Source: Candidatus Saccharimonadia bacterium (GTDB lineage: Bacteria; Patescibacteriota; Saccharimonadia; UBA4664). Taken from it: a stretch of 64,000 bases of DNA. The notes under the pieces are model-generated. The model did no database searches. It was not told where the DNA came from and saw nothing but the letters and a program-made list of their open reading frames with translations. The stretch is taken from assembly GCA_036488585.1 (NCBI GenBank), contig DASXHH010000005.1, positions 7,147 through 71,146 of the forward strand, written 5' to 3'. The position numbers were made by a program, and so were the translations under genes. Below, piece by piece: positions 50,106 to 59,642 of this stretch. The first letter of the stretch is position 1. Every line of letters begins with the position of its first letter.

Positions 50106-50844
50106 CCCGGTTGAGTGGCGTGTCGGGACAGTTCGCCAGATCCGAATCGAGGCGCCTGGTGTTCGCACCTATACATTCTCGTTCGAATCACCGGTACACC
50201 ATTCCAGCGGACAACATTATGAAATTCGCCTGACGGCCTCAGACGGCTATCAGGCGGCTCGCCTGTATTCTGCCGCTACTCCAGCGAGTGGCGAGTCAAA
50301 CATGCTCCAGCTTACAATTGGCTTAATGCCTTATGGTGAGGTCTCACCGTACCTTTTCAATCATGTCACAGTTGGTAGCCAGCTGGAGATTAGGGGCCCA
50401 CTCGGCCGCTATTTTGTCTGGTCGAGTGCTCAACTTGAACCAATATTTCTAATCGGCGGTGGGACTGGTGTCATTCCTCTTCGCTCGATCTGGACCGAGC
50501 ACATGATGACGCGTACCTGGTCCCAGATGCTGCTTCTTTATGCCGTGCGGTCCTATCAAGATGTTATATACAAGTATGATCTAATCCCGCGGCGATCCGG
50601 CATGCGCACCGATGTGATACTAACGTTTACTGACCAGCCGCCTCTCGCCTGGAAGGGCTACGACCGGCGTATCGACGGCGAAATGGTAATGGATATACTG
50701 GAGCGCTTTCGGCTGATGCCGAGCTGTTACGTTTGCGGCCCAACGCCTATGGTAGAGGCGGTGACCCAGTTACTCGTGCAGGCTGGAGTACCGTCAGAAA
50801 CCATCAAGGCTGAGAGATTTGGCCCGACTGGCGGGGCGATTTGA
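50089..50844 (+). CDS. Ferredoxin-NADP reductase-like FAD/NAD(P) oxidoreductase
   Basis: RLYS, GEVS, GGGTGVIP, YVCGP and ERFG motifs. Confidence 0.88.
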   Translation: MTATPSPVEWRVGTVRQIRIEAPGVRTYTFSFESPVHHSSGQHYEIRLTASDGYQAARLYSAATPASGESNMLQLTIGLMPYGEVSPYLFNHVTVGSQLEIRGPLGRYFVWSSAQLEPIFLIGGGTGVIPLRSIWTEHMMTRTWSQMLLLYAVRSYQDVIYKYDLIPRRSGMRTDVILTFTDQPPLAWKGYDRRIDGEMVMDILERFRLMPSCYVCGPTPMVEAVTQLLVQAGVPSETIKAERFGPTGGAI

Positions 50845-50884
50845 GTTTTTAGGCAAGCACAGGGGCTAATGGTATAATCACGCC

Positions 50885-51535
50885 ATGTCTAAAGTGGCTA
50901 TTATTACTGGAATAAGTCGCGGATTTGGGCTGGCGCTAGCTCAGGAATTTGTGAGCACCGGCTGGCAAGTTCTCGGCACAGGTCGCTCCTCAGAGCCGGC
51001 ATCGCTACCAGACGGCGTTCAGTACCACCGGTTTGATGCGAGTAATGCCACTGAATCTGAGAAATTTTGGGTTCAGGTTAAGCATGAGCACGCGGCGTCG
51101 CACGTTTGCCTCATTAACAACGCGGGTGGCTACGTAAGCGGTAGCCTTACGGAAACGAGTCCGAGTGATTATGAGCAACAAATGCGTAGTTGCTACTTCT
51201 CGGCCGTTTACATGACAAAGGGTTTAGCACTTCACTTCTCGACGGGTCGGATAATTAATGTCATCTCTTCAAGCGCACTACACGCCCATAAGGACAATTC
51301 CGCATACGGTGCCGCCAAGGCAGCTGAAATGCATTTCTTCCAATCAATTCAGAAAGAGTTTGCACCAGAGCAGTATAGAATCACCAACCTTTATCCGAGT
51401 GATATCGCCACGCACGACGGCAACCCCAACGCAATCCTCCCCGATGACCTTGCTATGTTTGTGCGTGAGCAAGCAGAAAATAATAGCACGTACTATCTAC
51501 GGGATGCAGCTGTTTTCCCAGTTAAAAAGCAATGA
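50885..51535 (+). CDS. Short-chain dehydrogenase/reductase
   Basis: TGISRGFG, NNAG and YGAAK motifs. Confidence 0.88.
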   Translation: MSKVAIITGISRGFGLALAQEFVSTGWQVLGTGRSSEPASLPDGVQYHRFDASNATESEKFWVQVKHEHAASHVCLINNAGGYVSGSLTETSPSDYEQQMRSCYFSAVYMTKGLALHFSTGRIINVISSSALHAHKDNSAYGAAKAAEMHFFQSIQKEFAPEQYRITNLYPSDIATHDGNPNAILPDDLAMFVREQAENNSTYYLRDAAVFPVKKQ

Positions 51536-51599
51536 CTCCAAGAAGCTTTGACGCGTGTGGGTTCGAGTGTAGGGATTGCATGACCACCTCTCTCGCAAG

Positions 51600-51968
51600 C
51601 TAATTTGGTCTTTTATGATATGTCAAAACCGCTATACCCAGCACCAGGGCTACTAGCGCCAGCGCTCCAATACCGAGCATTAGATCGTTCACAATGGGCC
51701 GCACCGCATCCCCGTAGCCTAATCCTCCGGCTATAAACGAAAAAACAATGAGACCGGTCAGTGCTATCGGGACCGCCAGCAGCAACAACACGCCAGATCG
51801 CCGAGCGATTGGTTCAACGTAGGACCGCGCGACCGCGGCCAGACTGATTCTTGCTCCACATTTGGCGCAGAACTTGGCTGATTGCGGGTTCAGGTGGCCG
51901 CAATAACTACAATTGATAAAATGCTCCCGTTGCCTCGTCGGCAAGGGCTCTAAGTCATGGGGCTCCAT
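51600..51968 (-). CDS. Zinc-ribbon membrane protein
   Basis: CSYCG..N...AKFCAKCG plus two TM segments. Confidence 0.7.
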   Translation of the reverse strand: MEPHDLEPLPTRQREHFINCSYCGHLNPQSAKFCAKCGARISLAAVARSYVEPIARRSGVLLLLAVPIALTGLIVFSFIAGGLGYGDAVRPIVNDLMLGIGALALVALVLGIAVLTYHKRPN

Positions 51969-52073
51969 ATTTTCCCTGGTTGCATAGAATCAATTAAAGC
52001 ATAACTGAGATCGTACGCGGGCGAGCCATAAAAAATAACGGCCTCGTAAGGACGTTATTTTAATCCCGCCGGT

Positions 52074-52274
52074 CTAGCGGAAGCGGTCGCGGCTCATCCA
52101 GGCCATAGCCAGCAGGCCCACGCCGATGCCGATCACGCCGCCCGCCACCAGGCCGAGCCAGAGCGGTTTCATAAACAGCCCCACCCCCATGCCGATCATA
52201 AAGCACCCCGCCAATGCAATCCCGCCGGACTCGTAGTCCTTAAAAGGATTCGTTACTTGATGTTCGTTTGACAT
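52074..52274 (-). CDS. Small Gly-rich two-TM membrane protein
   Basis: SD AAGGAG; GxxxG-rich helices; directly downstream of the EXLDI gene. Confidence 0.7.
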   Translation of the reverse strand: MSNEHQVTNPFKDYESGGIALAGCFMIGMGVGLFMKPLWLGLVAGGVIGIGVGLLAMAWMSRDRFR

Positions 52275-52290
52275 TATTACTCCTTAAAAA

Positions 52291-52794
52291 TTAAATATCT
52301 AGATATTCCACCGGGGCTTCATCGCGATTTTGCGCCTGGTGCATCAGCTTGAGCAGCGCGCTAGGCAGCTTGCCCTCGGCCTCCTCCAGTGACGCAAATA
52401 CGGTGAGCTTGGTGTCGGGGGTGTATTCAAAGTAGTCCGCCGTTCGCCAGAAGTCGCGCTGACGGAAAAGTTCGTAATTGGGTTGCTTGGTGATCTCCAC
52501 CGCCCACTGGTTTTTGGCGGTTTTAAACACCCGTGCCGTGTACCAGTCGTCATGATCACCGGCGCCCTGCCACTTAATCAGTAGACGGCCGTTAAATCGC
52601 TTCTCCTGCTGCAGGCCTTTTGTGCCCACTTGCACCACGATCTCTTTCAATCCTTTCGCCTGGGCCTCGCTTCGGGTAATAAATTCCTTGAGCGCCCTCA
52701 CTAGCACGGACGACAGATTATCACCGGCCAGTTGCTGGGCCCGGTCGTACAGGGCTTGGTCTTCGTTTGATACATAAATAGTTTTATTTGGCAT
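52291..52794 (-). CDS. EXLDI protein
   Basis: MPNKTIYVS ribbon-helix-helix-like N-terminus and C-terminal VEYLDI signature. Confidence 0.88.
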   Translation of the reverse strand: MPNKTIYVSNEDQALYDRAQQLAGDNLSSVLVRALKEFITRSEAQAKGLKEIVVQVGTKGLQQEKRFNGRLLIKWQGAGDHDDWYTARVFKTAKNQWAVEITKQPNYELFRQRDFWRTADYFEYTPDTKLTVFASLEEAEGKLPSALLKLMHQAQNRDEAPVEYLDI

Positions 52795-52920
52795 CGCAGC
52801 TATTACTTATACATACAAATATACATATAAAAAATAATTACGCAACCCTATTTTACGGAGGTACCGTTTACGGGCCTCAAACCACCAAAGATCCGGCCGA
52901 CGAATAGTATGGTTTGATCG

Positions 52921-53166
52921 CTAGGATTGCTGGAGCCGCTGCAGCACAAAATTCACGATCGCATACGAGCACATCGCTACCACCACACCGACGATCGCGT
53001 ACAAGATTGTGTTTCGGGCGTTCTCAACTCGCTTAGGATTGCCCATCGACACCACAAATTTCAGCCCGCCCACAATCACCATCAGTACCGACAGCGCGCC
53101 CACCACAAAGATAAGTGCGTTGGCGATGACACGGAAATAAGCCGGTAGGCTCGGTATGGTGTTCAT
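52921..53166 (-). CDS. TrbC/VirB2-like pilin
   Basis: VGALSVLMVIVGGLKFVVSMGNP..V..ARNTILYAIVG pattern typical of CPR pilins. Confidence 0.75.
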   Translation of the reverse strand: MNTIPSLPAYFRVIANALIFVVGALSVLMVIVGGLKFVVSMGNPKRVENARNTILYAIVGVVVAMCSYAIVNFVLQRLQQS

Positions 53167-53195
53167 TTGCCTTAAGTATAACGCAGAGCTGGCCG

Positions 53196-53486
53196 TCAGC
53201 CCTCGCCCGCGGTTACGTCATCGATAGTGAGCTCCGGTTTTACCTCATTTTCGTCGTGTGGCAGCTCCAGCTCCACCCCAGCCTCGTTGGCTTTGGGATC
53301 GGACGCGGCTGCCACCACCTCCGACGGCTCGGTCACGTCGCCGGGCAATTTTTCCATAAACTCCACCACCTCCGGCGAGGCTCCCACCTGCCTGGCCGTC
53401 TCCTCTAACTTTTCCGGTTTAGCCTCCTCAGCCGCGCCGAGCACCTGAAACACCTCGATCGGATCGATTCGCTTTGTCTTCTTCAT
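53196..53486 (-). CDS. DUF2795-like small acidic protein
   Basis: LEETARQVGASPEVVEFMEKLP pattern. Confidence 0.5.
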   Translation of the reverse strand: MKKTKRIDPIEVFQVLGAAEEAKPEKLEETARQVGASPEVVEFMEKLPGDVTEPSEVVAAASDPKANEAGVELELPHDENEVKPELTIDDVTAGEG

Positions 53487-53528
53487 TTTGTGCGCTCCCA
53501 TCAGTTGTATTATTTTGGGCCTGAGCTC

Positions 53529-54161
53529 ATGGATTTCTTCGGCAACTTATCCAATGCTGTGCCGCCGGCTAAAGTCTATGCTCGCAGCATGCCGCTCGAT
53601 CCTAGCGATATGCCTCAGGTTCCGAAGGCGCGCACGATCAAAGTTGGCGATCACACTCAAGAGCAGGCCGAAACGCTATTGTCGGAACCTATTATGATTC
53701 CGCGCAATCCCGTCTCCATGAACGTCCGCATGATAGTAGTAGTGCTCTTCGCCGACATCGTTTTCGCCGCCGTGTTTGTGTTGCTCATCGGTGGTATGGC
53801 CTTGGAAGGCGTCACGGTGGGTACGGGCGTGACAGTCACGCTCATTATTCTGCTCGCCGCCCGGTTTACCATTCTCATGCTCGTCCTGGCCAAAATGGCG
53901 TCCAATTGGGCCGAGGTCGGCTACTACGTGACCGACCGGGCCATTATTGTGCGCCGCGGTTTCGCCAACATCTCCGAAAACACCTACGAACTCGGCAACA
54001 TTCGCCACGTCTACATGTTTCAAGATTTCATGGGCCGGCTCTACGATTACGGCCATATCCAACTTGTGATCGCAACCATGGGTTTGGAGGAGAAAGTTCG
54101 ACTCACTGATCTCAAAAACCCCTCCCATTACAAGACGTTGTTCGAGAAATACCTTGGCTAG
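53529..54161 (+). CDS. Membrane protein with a bacterial PH domain
   Basis: Two TMs, YYVTDRAIIVRRG and QDFMGRLYDYGHI; start uncertain. Confidence 0.75.
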   Translation: MDFFGNLSNAVPPAKVYARSMPLDPSDMPQVPKARTIKVGDHTQEQAETLLSEPIMIPRNPVSMNVRMIVVVLFADIVFAAVFVLLIGGMALEGVTVGTGVTVTLIILLAARFTILMLVLAKMASNWAEVGYYVTDRAIIVRRGFANISENTYELGNIRHVYMFQDFMGRLYDYGHIQLVIATMGLEEKVRLTDLKNPSHYKTLFEKYLG

Positions 54162-54264
54162 CAGTAAGCCGAGATCCTCCAGTAATCACAACCTTCTTGG
54201 CATGATGCTTAATGCTTGAGCAGCTTTGAACGCATAGTCTGCCACCAGAAAGTAGGAGGACGCC

Positions 54265-54442
54265 ATGGGCAAATACGGACCCAAGGCTCAGGAAGGAAGT
54301 AGAAGAGGCCATGCATGAGTACAAGCACGAGGGTAAATTCAAAAACCCCCAGCAGGCTGTGGCCGTCGGATTAAACAAGGCTCGCAAAGAGGGCGGTAAG
54401 GTCCCGCCGCCTCCTAAAAAACGTTCTGAAAGCGACAAATAG
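54265..54442 (+). pseudogene. DUF6496-like small basic protein with a 1-nt frameshift
   Basis: SD AGGAGG; MGKYGPKAQ, then extra G at ~54292, then KEVEEAMHEYK...QAVAVGLNKARKEGGKVP. Confidence 0.7.
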
Positions 54443-54495
54443 CCCCCGAAAATCATGCTTGAATTCCATCCCGAAAGGGGTAGCGTGGGTCTCAG

Positions 54496-56043
54496 ATGTC
54501 ACACACGTTCACCTGGCTCACCCATCATCGTCTAGAACTTGCCCTTGATCGCGTAAAGTCCGATCAGGGGGTGGCTGCGTCCGATTGGGCGCTGTTTCGT
54601 GGCGCCATCTTTGGTCGCGATTCGCTAATTGTGGCGCTTGACTTGCTCGAGACTCATCCCGGGCTGGTGCAATGCATCATCCTCAGCCTAGCTCGCCTGC
54701 AGGGCACGCATTATGAGGCTCTCACCGAGGAGGAGCCGGGTAAAATTCACCACGAGCACCGCACGCTATTCCACAACGGCCGCCGCCTCAAGCCGGACGC
54801 CGCCAATCTGGTGGCCCGTATCGCACAGGAGCGCAGCATCGGCTCCGGCGAGGGCTTCACCTATTACGGCACCGTCGACGCCACCGTGCAATTTGTGCGG
54901 GTGGTGGCGGCCTTTGTGCGGCAGTACGGGCCAGAGCTGCTCGACCACACCTTCGAGCACCGCGACGGCGGAACTCGCACCGTCCGCGACAGCCTCCTCG
55001 CGGCCGTCGACTGGACCGCTGGCCAAGTCGAGAGCTCGGCGCTCGGCCTCCTGGAGTTCCGCCGCACCAACCCGCACGGCCTCAAGTGGCACGTTCTGCG
55101 CGATGGCACCGCTTCATACGTGCATTCAGACGGCCAGCTAGCCAACACCACCGCGCCGGTCGCCTCGCTCGAGGTCCAGGGACTGGCCTACGACGCCCTG
55201 CTCGACGCGGCTGAGCTCTTCCCAAGCCACCGCGAGTCGGCCACCTGGCGCGCCTTGGCCTCGCGTTTGCGCCTGCACACGCTTCTGCTGTTCTGGATGC
55301 CCCAGCACCAATACTTTGCCATGGGCATCGACCGCGACGCCGAAAACCGACCTCGTCACCTCGAAGTCATCACCGGCATGCCCGGCGAGTTGCTCGACAC
55401 CCGCTTCTTCGATGACCTTCCCCGGCCTTATGACCGCCGCCGTTTGCTCGAGCCCATCGTGCGCCACCTCTACGCCTCAGACCTCATGACGCCGGTGGGG
55501 CCGCGCATGCGCTCACTCCGGCATGCCGATATCCTGCCCTACACCGATTACCAGGGCTCGTACACCAGCTGGCCGGTCATTACCGGCATCATCGCACGCG
55601 GTCTCCTCCGGCAGGGTTTCGAGCCGCTGGCCCGCGATCTCGAACACCGCCTGCTTACCGGCCTCGACCGCGTGCAGGCCTGCGCCGAATTCATTTATGT
55701 TGATGCCGCCGGCCGCCCCGCTGTGCGGTCGTATGCCCCGCGCAGTGGCCGCGCCGAATTTTTCGCCACCAACCTTCCCGAACTGCGCCAGGCCTGGACG
55801 GTTTCGGCCGCCCTGCGCGCCGCCCGCCATCTGTCTGGCCCACAGTCTGGCCGGTGGGAGAAAACCCTCAGCGTCGGCATTCTCTCCAAGCAAACGGCTC
55901 AGTCCCGCGTTATTCGGCCCATGCAAGTCCACGTGAATCAAATTGTCGGCCGGCTACAGGAAGCGGATTACCTTGAGCTCCAGGGCTATGGCTACGAGAT
56001 TGCCAAAGCCCCCTGGCTTCAGCCTGCACCAGGTCCATCGTAA
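54496..56043 (+). CDS. Amylo-alpha-1,6-glucosidase / glycogen debranching-like protein
   Basis: FGRDSL, EEPGKIHHE, YYGTVDAT, EVQG.AYDA, YQGS and QAW motifs. Confidence 0.85.
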   Translation: MSHTFTWLTHHRLELALDRVKSDQGVAASDWALFRGAIFGRDSLIVALDLLETHPGLVQCIILSLARLQGTHYEALTEEEPGKIHHEHRTLFHNGRRLKPDAANLVARIAQERSIGSGEGFTYYGTVDATVQFVRVVAAFVRQYGPELLDHTFEHRDGGTRTVRDSLLAAVDWTAGQVESSALGLLEFRRTNPHGLKWHVLRDGTASYVHSDGQLANTTAPVASLEVQGLAYDALLDAAELFPSHRESATWRALASRLRLHTLLLFWMPQHQYFAMGIDRDAENRPRHLEVITGMPGELLDTRFFDDLPRPYDRRRLLEPIVRHLYASDLMTPVGPRMRSLRHADILPYTDYQGSYTSWPVITGIIARGLLRQGFEPLARDLEHRLLTGLDRVQACAEFIYVDAAGRPAVRSYAPRSGRAEFFATNLPELRQAWTVSAALRAARHLSGPQSGRWEKTLSVGILSKQTAQSRVIRPMQVHVNQIVGRLQEADYLELQGYGYEIAKAPWLQPAPGPS

Positions 56044-56106
56044 CTTTGCCACTGTTAATCGCCCGTCCCTTGCGGCACCATGAGCCGATAACAATGGAGG
56101 TGCGCC

Positions 56107-56997
56107 ATGGTCTTTCAAGATCGGACTCAGGCTGGCCACGCCTTGGCATCAGCCCTGGAACGGTACGCTCCCGACCGACCCGTGGTGATCGGGTTGCCGC
56201 GTGGTGGAATGGTGCCAGCGGCCGTCGTGGCTCGGAGCCTAGCCGCCCCGCTCGATATCATTGTGGCCCGCAAAATCTGCCATCCGTTCTCACCCGAATT
56301 TGCCATCGGTGCCATCGCCGAAAGCGGCCCGCCGGTGGGTGACATGGCCATTATGGCGGCCGTCGGCCGCGACCTTGATCGCCAGCTCCAAAACCTGCAG
56401 CAGGAGGCCGCCGCTCTCCGCGCTCGGTATACCGGCGACCGCCCACCGTACCCACTCGACGGCCGCATCGCCATCGTCGTGGATGACGGCATCGCCACCG
56501 GTCTCACCATGGAGGCGGCGGTGGCCGAGGCCTGGCGCCGCAATGCCTACGTGGTGGTAGTGGCAGTGCCGGTGGCGCCAGAAACAGCCTCCGAACGCCT
56601 GCTCAGGCTAGCTTCGGATGTGGTGGTACTGCACCAGGCGGGCGCGGAATTTCAGGCCGTCGGCCGATACTATGAGCATTTCGATCAGGTAGGCAACGAA
56701 GAAGTCGAGCTCATGATGCAAAAAACCGCAGGCGAAGCCCCCGTCGGTATCCTCATCGACCTCGAAAGTCTCAACGCCGTTCTCACTACCATCCGTAAAT
56801 ACCCGGTTACTAGTCGGGCCATTGCCAGGCAAGCCAAAACCCTAGGCGCTGCCCCCAGTGTGGTGAGTTTCTTTGAGTCCATCCCCGGTGGTACTTCGTT
56901 TCAAGATAAAAAAGATGTGATGAACCGCACTTATGAGGTGGAAGTGCTAGCGGAGCAGGAACAAGATGAGCCCGATGATTATCTGCGCAACTACTAA
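56107..56997 (+). CDS. Phosphoribosyltransferase with a C-terminal DUF2795-like domain
   Basis: FQDR..AG, GLPRGG, VVDDGIATG and AVGRYY.HF.QV; extra ~80-aa tail. Confidence 0.85.
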   Translation: MVFQDRTQAGHALASALERYAPDRPVVIGLPRGGMVPAAVVARSLAAPLDIIVARKICHPFSPEFAIGAIAESGPPVGDMAIMAAVGRDLDRQLQNLQQEAAALRARYTGDRPPYPLDGRIAIVVDDGIATGLTMEAAVAEAWRRNAYVVVVAVPVAPETASERLLRLASDVVVLHQAGAEFQAVGRYYEHFDQVGNEEVELMMQKTAGEAPVGILIDLESLNAVLTTIRKYPVTSRAIARQAKTLGAAPSVVSFFESIPGGTSFQDKKDVMNRTYEVEVLAEQEQDEPDDYLRNY

Positions 56998-57083
56998 GCC
57001 CCTCCCAAATGAAAACCGGCGCCAATCGTACCTGCCCGTAGGTAGGTGACTGACGCCGGTAAAGGCGTGGTTGGTTGGAGGCT

Positions 57084-57860
57084 TCACGCACGTACAGAGT
57101 CGAGAAGCTGACGATAGCCGCGCGGCCTTCTCGGCGCGAGATCCGACCGCTGTCCCTCGAGCCACTGCTTGTACGTGACCGTGCACTCGTTGGGACTCGA
57201 GTACCCCGTGTTCCGGCCCCGGCCATAGCCGAGAACCACATCATAGTCTCGGCCACCGAACGGTATGGGGTTGAACGTCCCGGGGTCCCGGAAGGTATCC
57301 GGGTGGGGGTTGTCGTTGTACGGCCGCTCCAGATAGCTGAACTCGTCGGGCCAGTGGTAGGTTTCGATTTCGCTAATGCTCTTGCGGACGTCGTCGACCA
57401 GCTCACAAACCTCTCGGTAGTCCATCTCGCCCTCGAAGCAGAAGAGCAGCATCGCGAGGAGGTCCCTCAGCTTGGATGGTAGCGGCTCGGTCTCGACGGG
57501 GGAGGGAGGCACCTCGGCGGTCGCCGACGCGACCCCGGGGACGACTTCGGTCCCCGGCAGCGCGGCAAGCGCTGCGCGGAGGACCTCGGCCGAGTAGCCA
57601 GCCAGTTCCCGCTCCGCCTCCTTATAGGTCAAGAAGCGCGGGTCGAAGACCCAGTAGCGGATCTCCCGGTTGGGCGACAGCGGGCCGTGATGGCAGTGGT
57701 CGCACACGTTGTCCAGCGCGGCCAGGGCCGCCAGGAGCGCGAGCGCTTCGGGCTTGGGCGCGGAAAATCCGGTCAGCGGGTGAGAAGCGGCAGCAGCTGC
57801 CGCTTCTCCCTTAAGCCACTGGCCGGGCTTGGGACGACACTCGGTGGTTACAGAAGCCAT
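57084..57860 (-). CDS. Orphan hypothetical protein
   Basis: SD AAGGGAG, TTGACT-N17-TATAAT promoter (~57948-57976), CDHCHH motif. Confidence 0.6.
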   Translation of the reverse strand: MASVTTECRPKPGQWLKGEAAAAAASHPLTGFSAPKPEALALLAALAALDNVCDHCHHGPLSPNREIRYWVFDPRFLTYKEAERELAGYSAEVLRAALAALPGTEVVPGVASATAEVPPSPVETEPLPSKLRDLLAMLLFCFEGEMDYREVCELVDDVRKSISEIETYHWPDEFSYLERPYNDNPHPDTFRDPGTFNPIPFGGRDYDVVLGYGRGRNTGYSSPNECTVTYKQWLEGQRSDLAPRRPRGYRQLLDSVRA

Positions 57861-58103
57861 ATCTGGCTCCCTTCTGTGCTCGATGTGAAGTAATGGGTTG
57901 TACGCCTGCTCGCAGGACCGGAATCATATCCGGAATACGATGGTTACATTATACACAATTAATAGCCAAAAGTCAATGCTGCTCATCACCCTACCACCAC
58001 GCCCGCCATCAATATTGCGGGTTGCGGTTCTTCCATGAACAAGAGCGCTGGCTAGAGTATTAGCGGCTTATTAACCATAAGCTGTTACAATTCTAGTTAA
58101 GTT

Positions 58104-59057
58104 ATGGCACGCCGTATTTTTGCCTTATTAATCCTCGCCCTCCTGCCGGTAGGAGTCGCTTTGGCGCTTCCCGACGCGCCTGTGCCCACCGCTCCCGCTA
58201 CCCTCACCAGTGTACTGTTCGACAAAGCCGTAAAAACCACTACCCCCAACAACGTTGCCAAAACCCAAGGCATCCAACCCTACACGGTCACCGTTCACGA
58301 CAATCAGTACCAGTACTCATATCCGTTGTGCGCCACTGCTACGTTGGTGGGCGTTAATAGTAGCAATACCATCGATATCAACACCTTCGTCGCCGGTGAC
58401 ACCGCCGTGGTCAGCGTGCAACCCGATCCCGCCACGCCGGCCAAGGCCTGCATGTCTCGAATCGTACGCCAACAGGTCTCCAAAGGCCCCAGTTCCGGTG
58501 AGTGTCTACAAAACTTCCAGGTGAAAGAGGAGATTGAGGGCTCGCCCGCACCTCTTCTGGTTGGCCAAGAGTACACCTATCTGCTGCGCATTTACTCCCG
58601 CCCCACGGTCGACTGCGACGGCAACGCCTACGGCGCCAGCCCTATCACCACTGTGGTAGCGGCCGGCAAGCCGTTCGCGGTTTGGCTGGTGCGTGGAAGC
58701 GGTACCAATCCGCTCATGACCTGGTCGCTCACCACCGATACTGCCGGCCGGGCCAGTCTTTCGTACACCTTCACCGCTCCCGCCAGCGATTACAAATTCC
58801 AAATCATGCCCGGCGGCAACAACAGCCCCGGCGACGTCATTAGCTGGGGCGCCAAAGTGCTCGATCCCAACCCCTCGCCGTCGTCCACGCCCGGCCCGTC
58901 CACCTCGCGCCCGGCCGCTATCTCGATCTGGCCCGTTATCGTGGTCTTGGCGCTAATGCTGGGTGTGGCCGGGGGTATGGAATATCGCCACCGCCTCCTT
59001 AAGGCACGTGAGCATGAACTCCCTGAGGAAGAATACCAGCGGGTATCTAAGCTATAA
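58104..59057 (+). CDS. Secreted, C-terminally anchored surface protein
   Basis: Signal peptide, beta-rich Cys-containing domains, P/S linker, C-terminal TM. Confidence 0.75.
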   Translation: MARRIFALLILALLPVGVALALPDAPVPTAPATLTSVLFDKAVKTTTPNNVAKTQGIQPYTVTVHDNQYQYSYPLCATATLVGVNSSNTIDINTFVAGDTAVVSVQPDPATPAKACMSRIVRQQVSKGPSSGECLQNFQVKEEIEGSPAPLLVGQEYTYLLRIYSRPTVDCDGNAYGASPITTVVAAGKPFAVWLVRGSGTNPLMTWSLTTDTAGRASLSYTFTAPASDYKFQIMPGGNNSPGDVISWGAKVLDPNPSPSSTPGPSTSRPAAISIWPVIVVLALMLGVAGGMEYRHRLLKAREHELPEEEYQRVSKL

Positions 59058-59081
59058 CGCATGACAAAGCTCGCTGCTAGC

Positions 59082-59642
59082 TCAGTAATCGATCGTCTTC
59101 TTGGCCAAAATTCCTGAATCGTATGGGTGCTTCACCTTCACCATCTCCGTCACCAGGTCTGCCCGCTCTAAAAGTTGGGGCAATTCCCTGCCGCGATGGC
59201 CCGTGAGCACTAGGTCGAGCTGCGGTGGCTTGCTATCAATAAGTTCCAGCACTGCCTCCACCGGCAGCAGCCCGCCGGTCACCGTGCCAATAATTTCGTC
59301 CAGCACCACCACATCATACCGGCCAGAAGCAATTCGCTCCTGCGCCAGCTCCATCGCTTGCCGGGCCGCCTTTACGTGCTCATCCTCCGGCAATTTATCG
59401 CCCAGTATTTTGTAAAAACCCTTGCCAGCCTGAATAAACTCCACGTTTGGCAGATACTCGAAGCCGCCCTTCTCGCCTGTAAACCACGTCTTCACAAACT
59501 GGATCACTAGCACCCGCCGGCCATAACCCGCCGCCCTTAGGGCCAGCCCCATCGCCGCCGTAGTCTTGCCCTTACCGTCGCCGGTATACACCACCACCAA
59601 GCCGCGATCTTGCTCTTCGTGTAAGTCCTGAGCCTCTTCCAT
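59082..59642 (-). CDS. cobO: Cob(I)alamin adenosyltransferase (CobO/BtuR family)
   Basis: YTGDGKGKTTAA, IQFVK, LDEI and ADLVTEM..KHPY motifs. Confidence 0.92.
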   Translation of the reverse strand: MEEAQDLHEEQDRGLVVVYTGDGKGKTTAAMGLALRAAGYGRRVLVIQFVKTWFTGEKGGFEYLPNVEFIQAGKGFYKILGDKLPEDEHVKAARQAMELAQERIASGRYDVVVLDEIIGTVTGGLLPVEAVLELIDSKPPQLDLVLTGHRGRELPQLLERADLVTEMVKVKHPYDSGILAKKTIDY

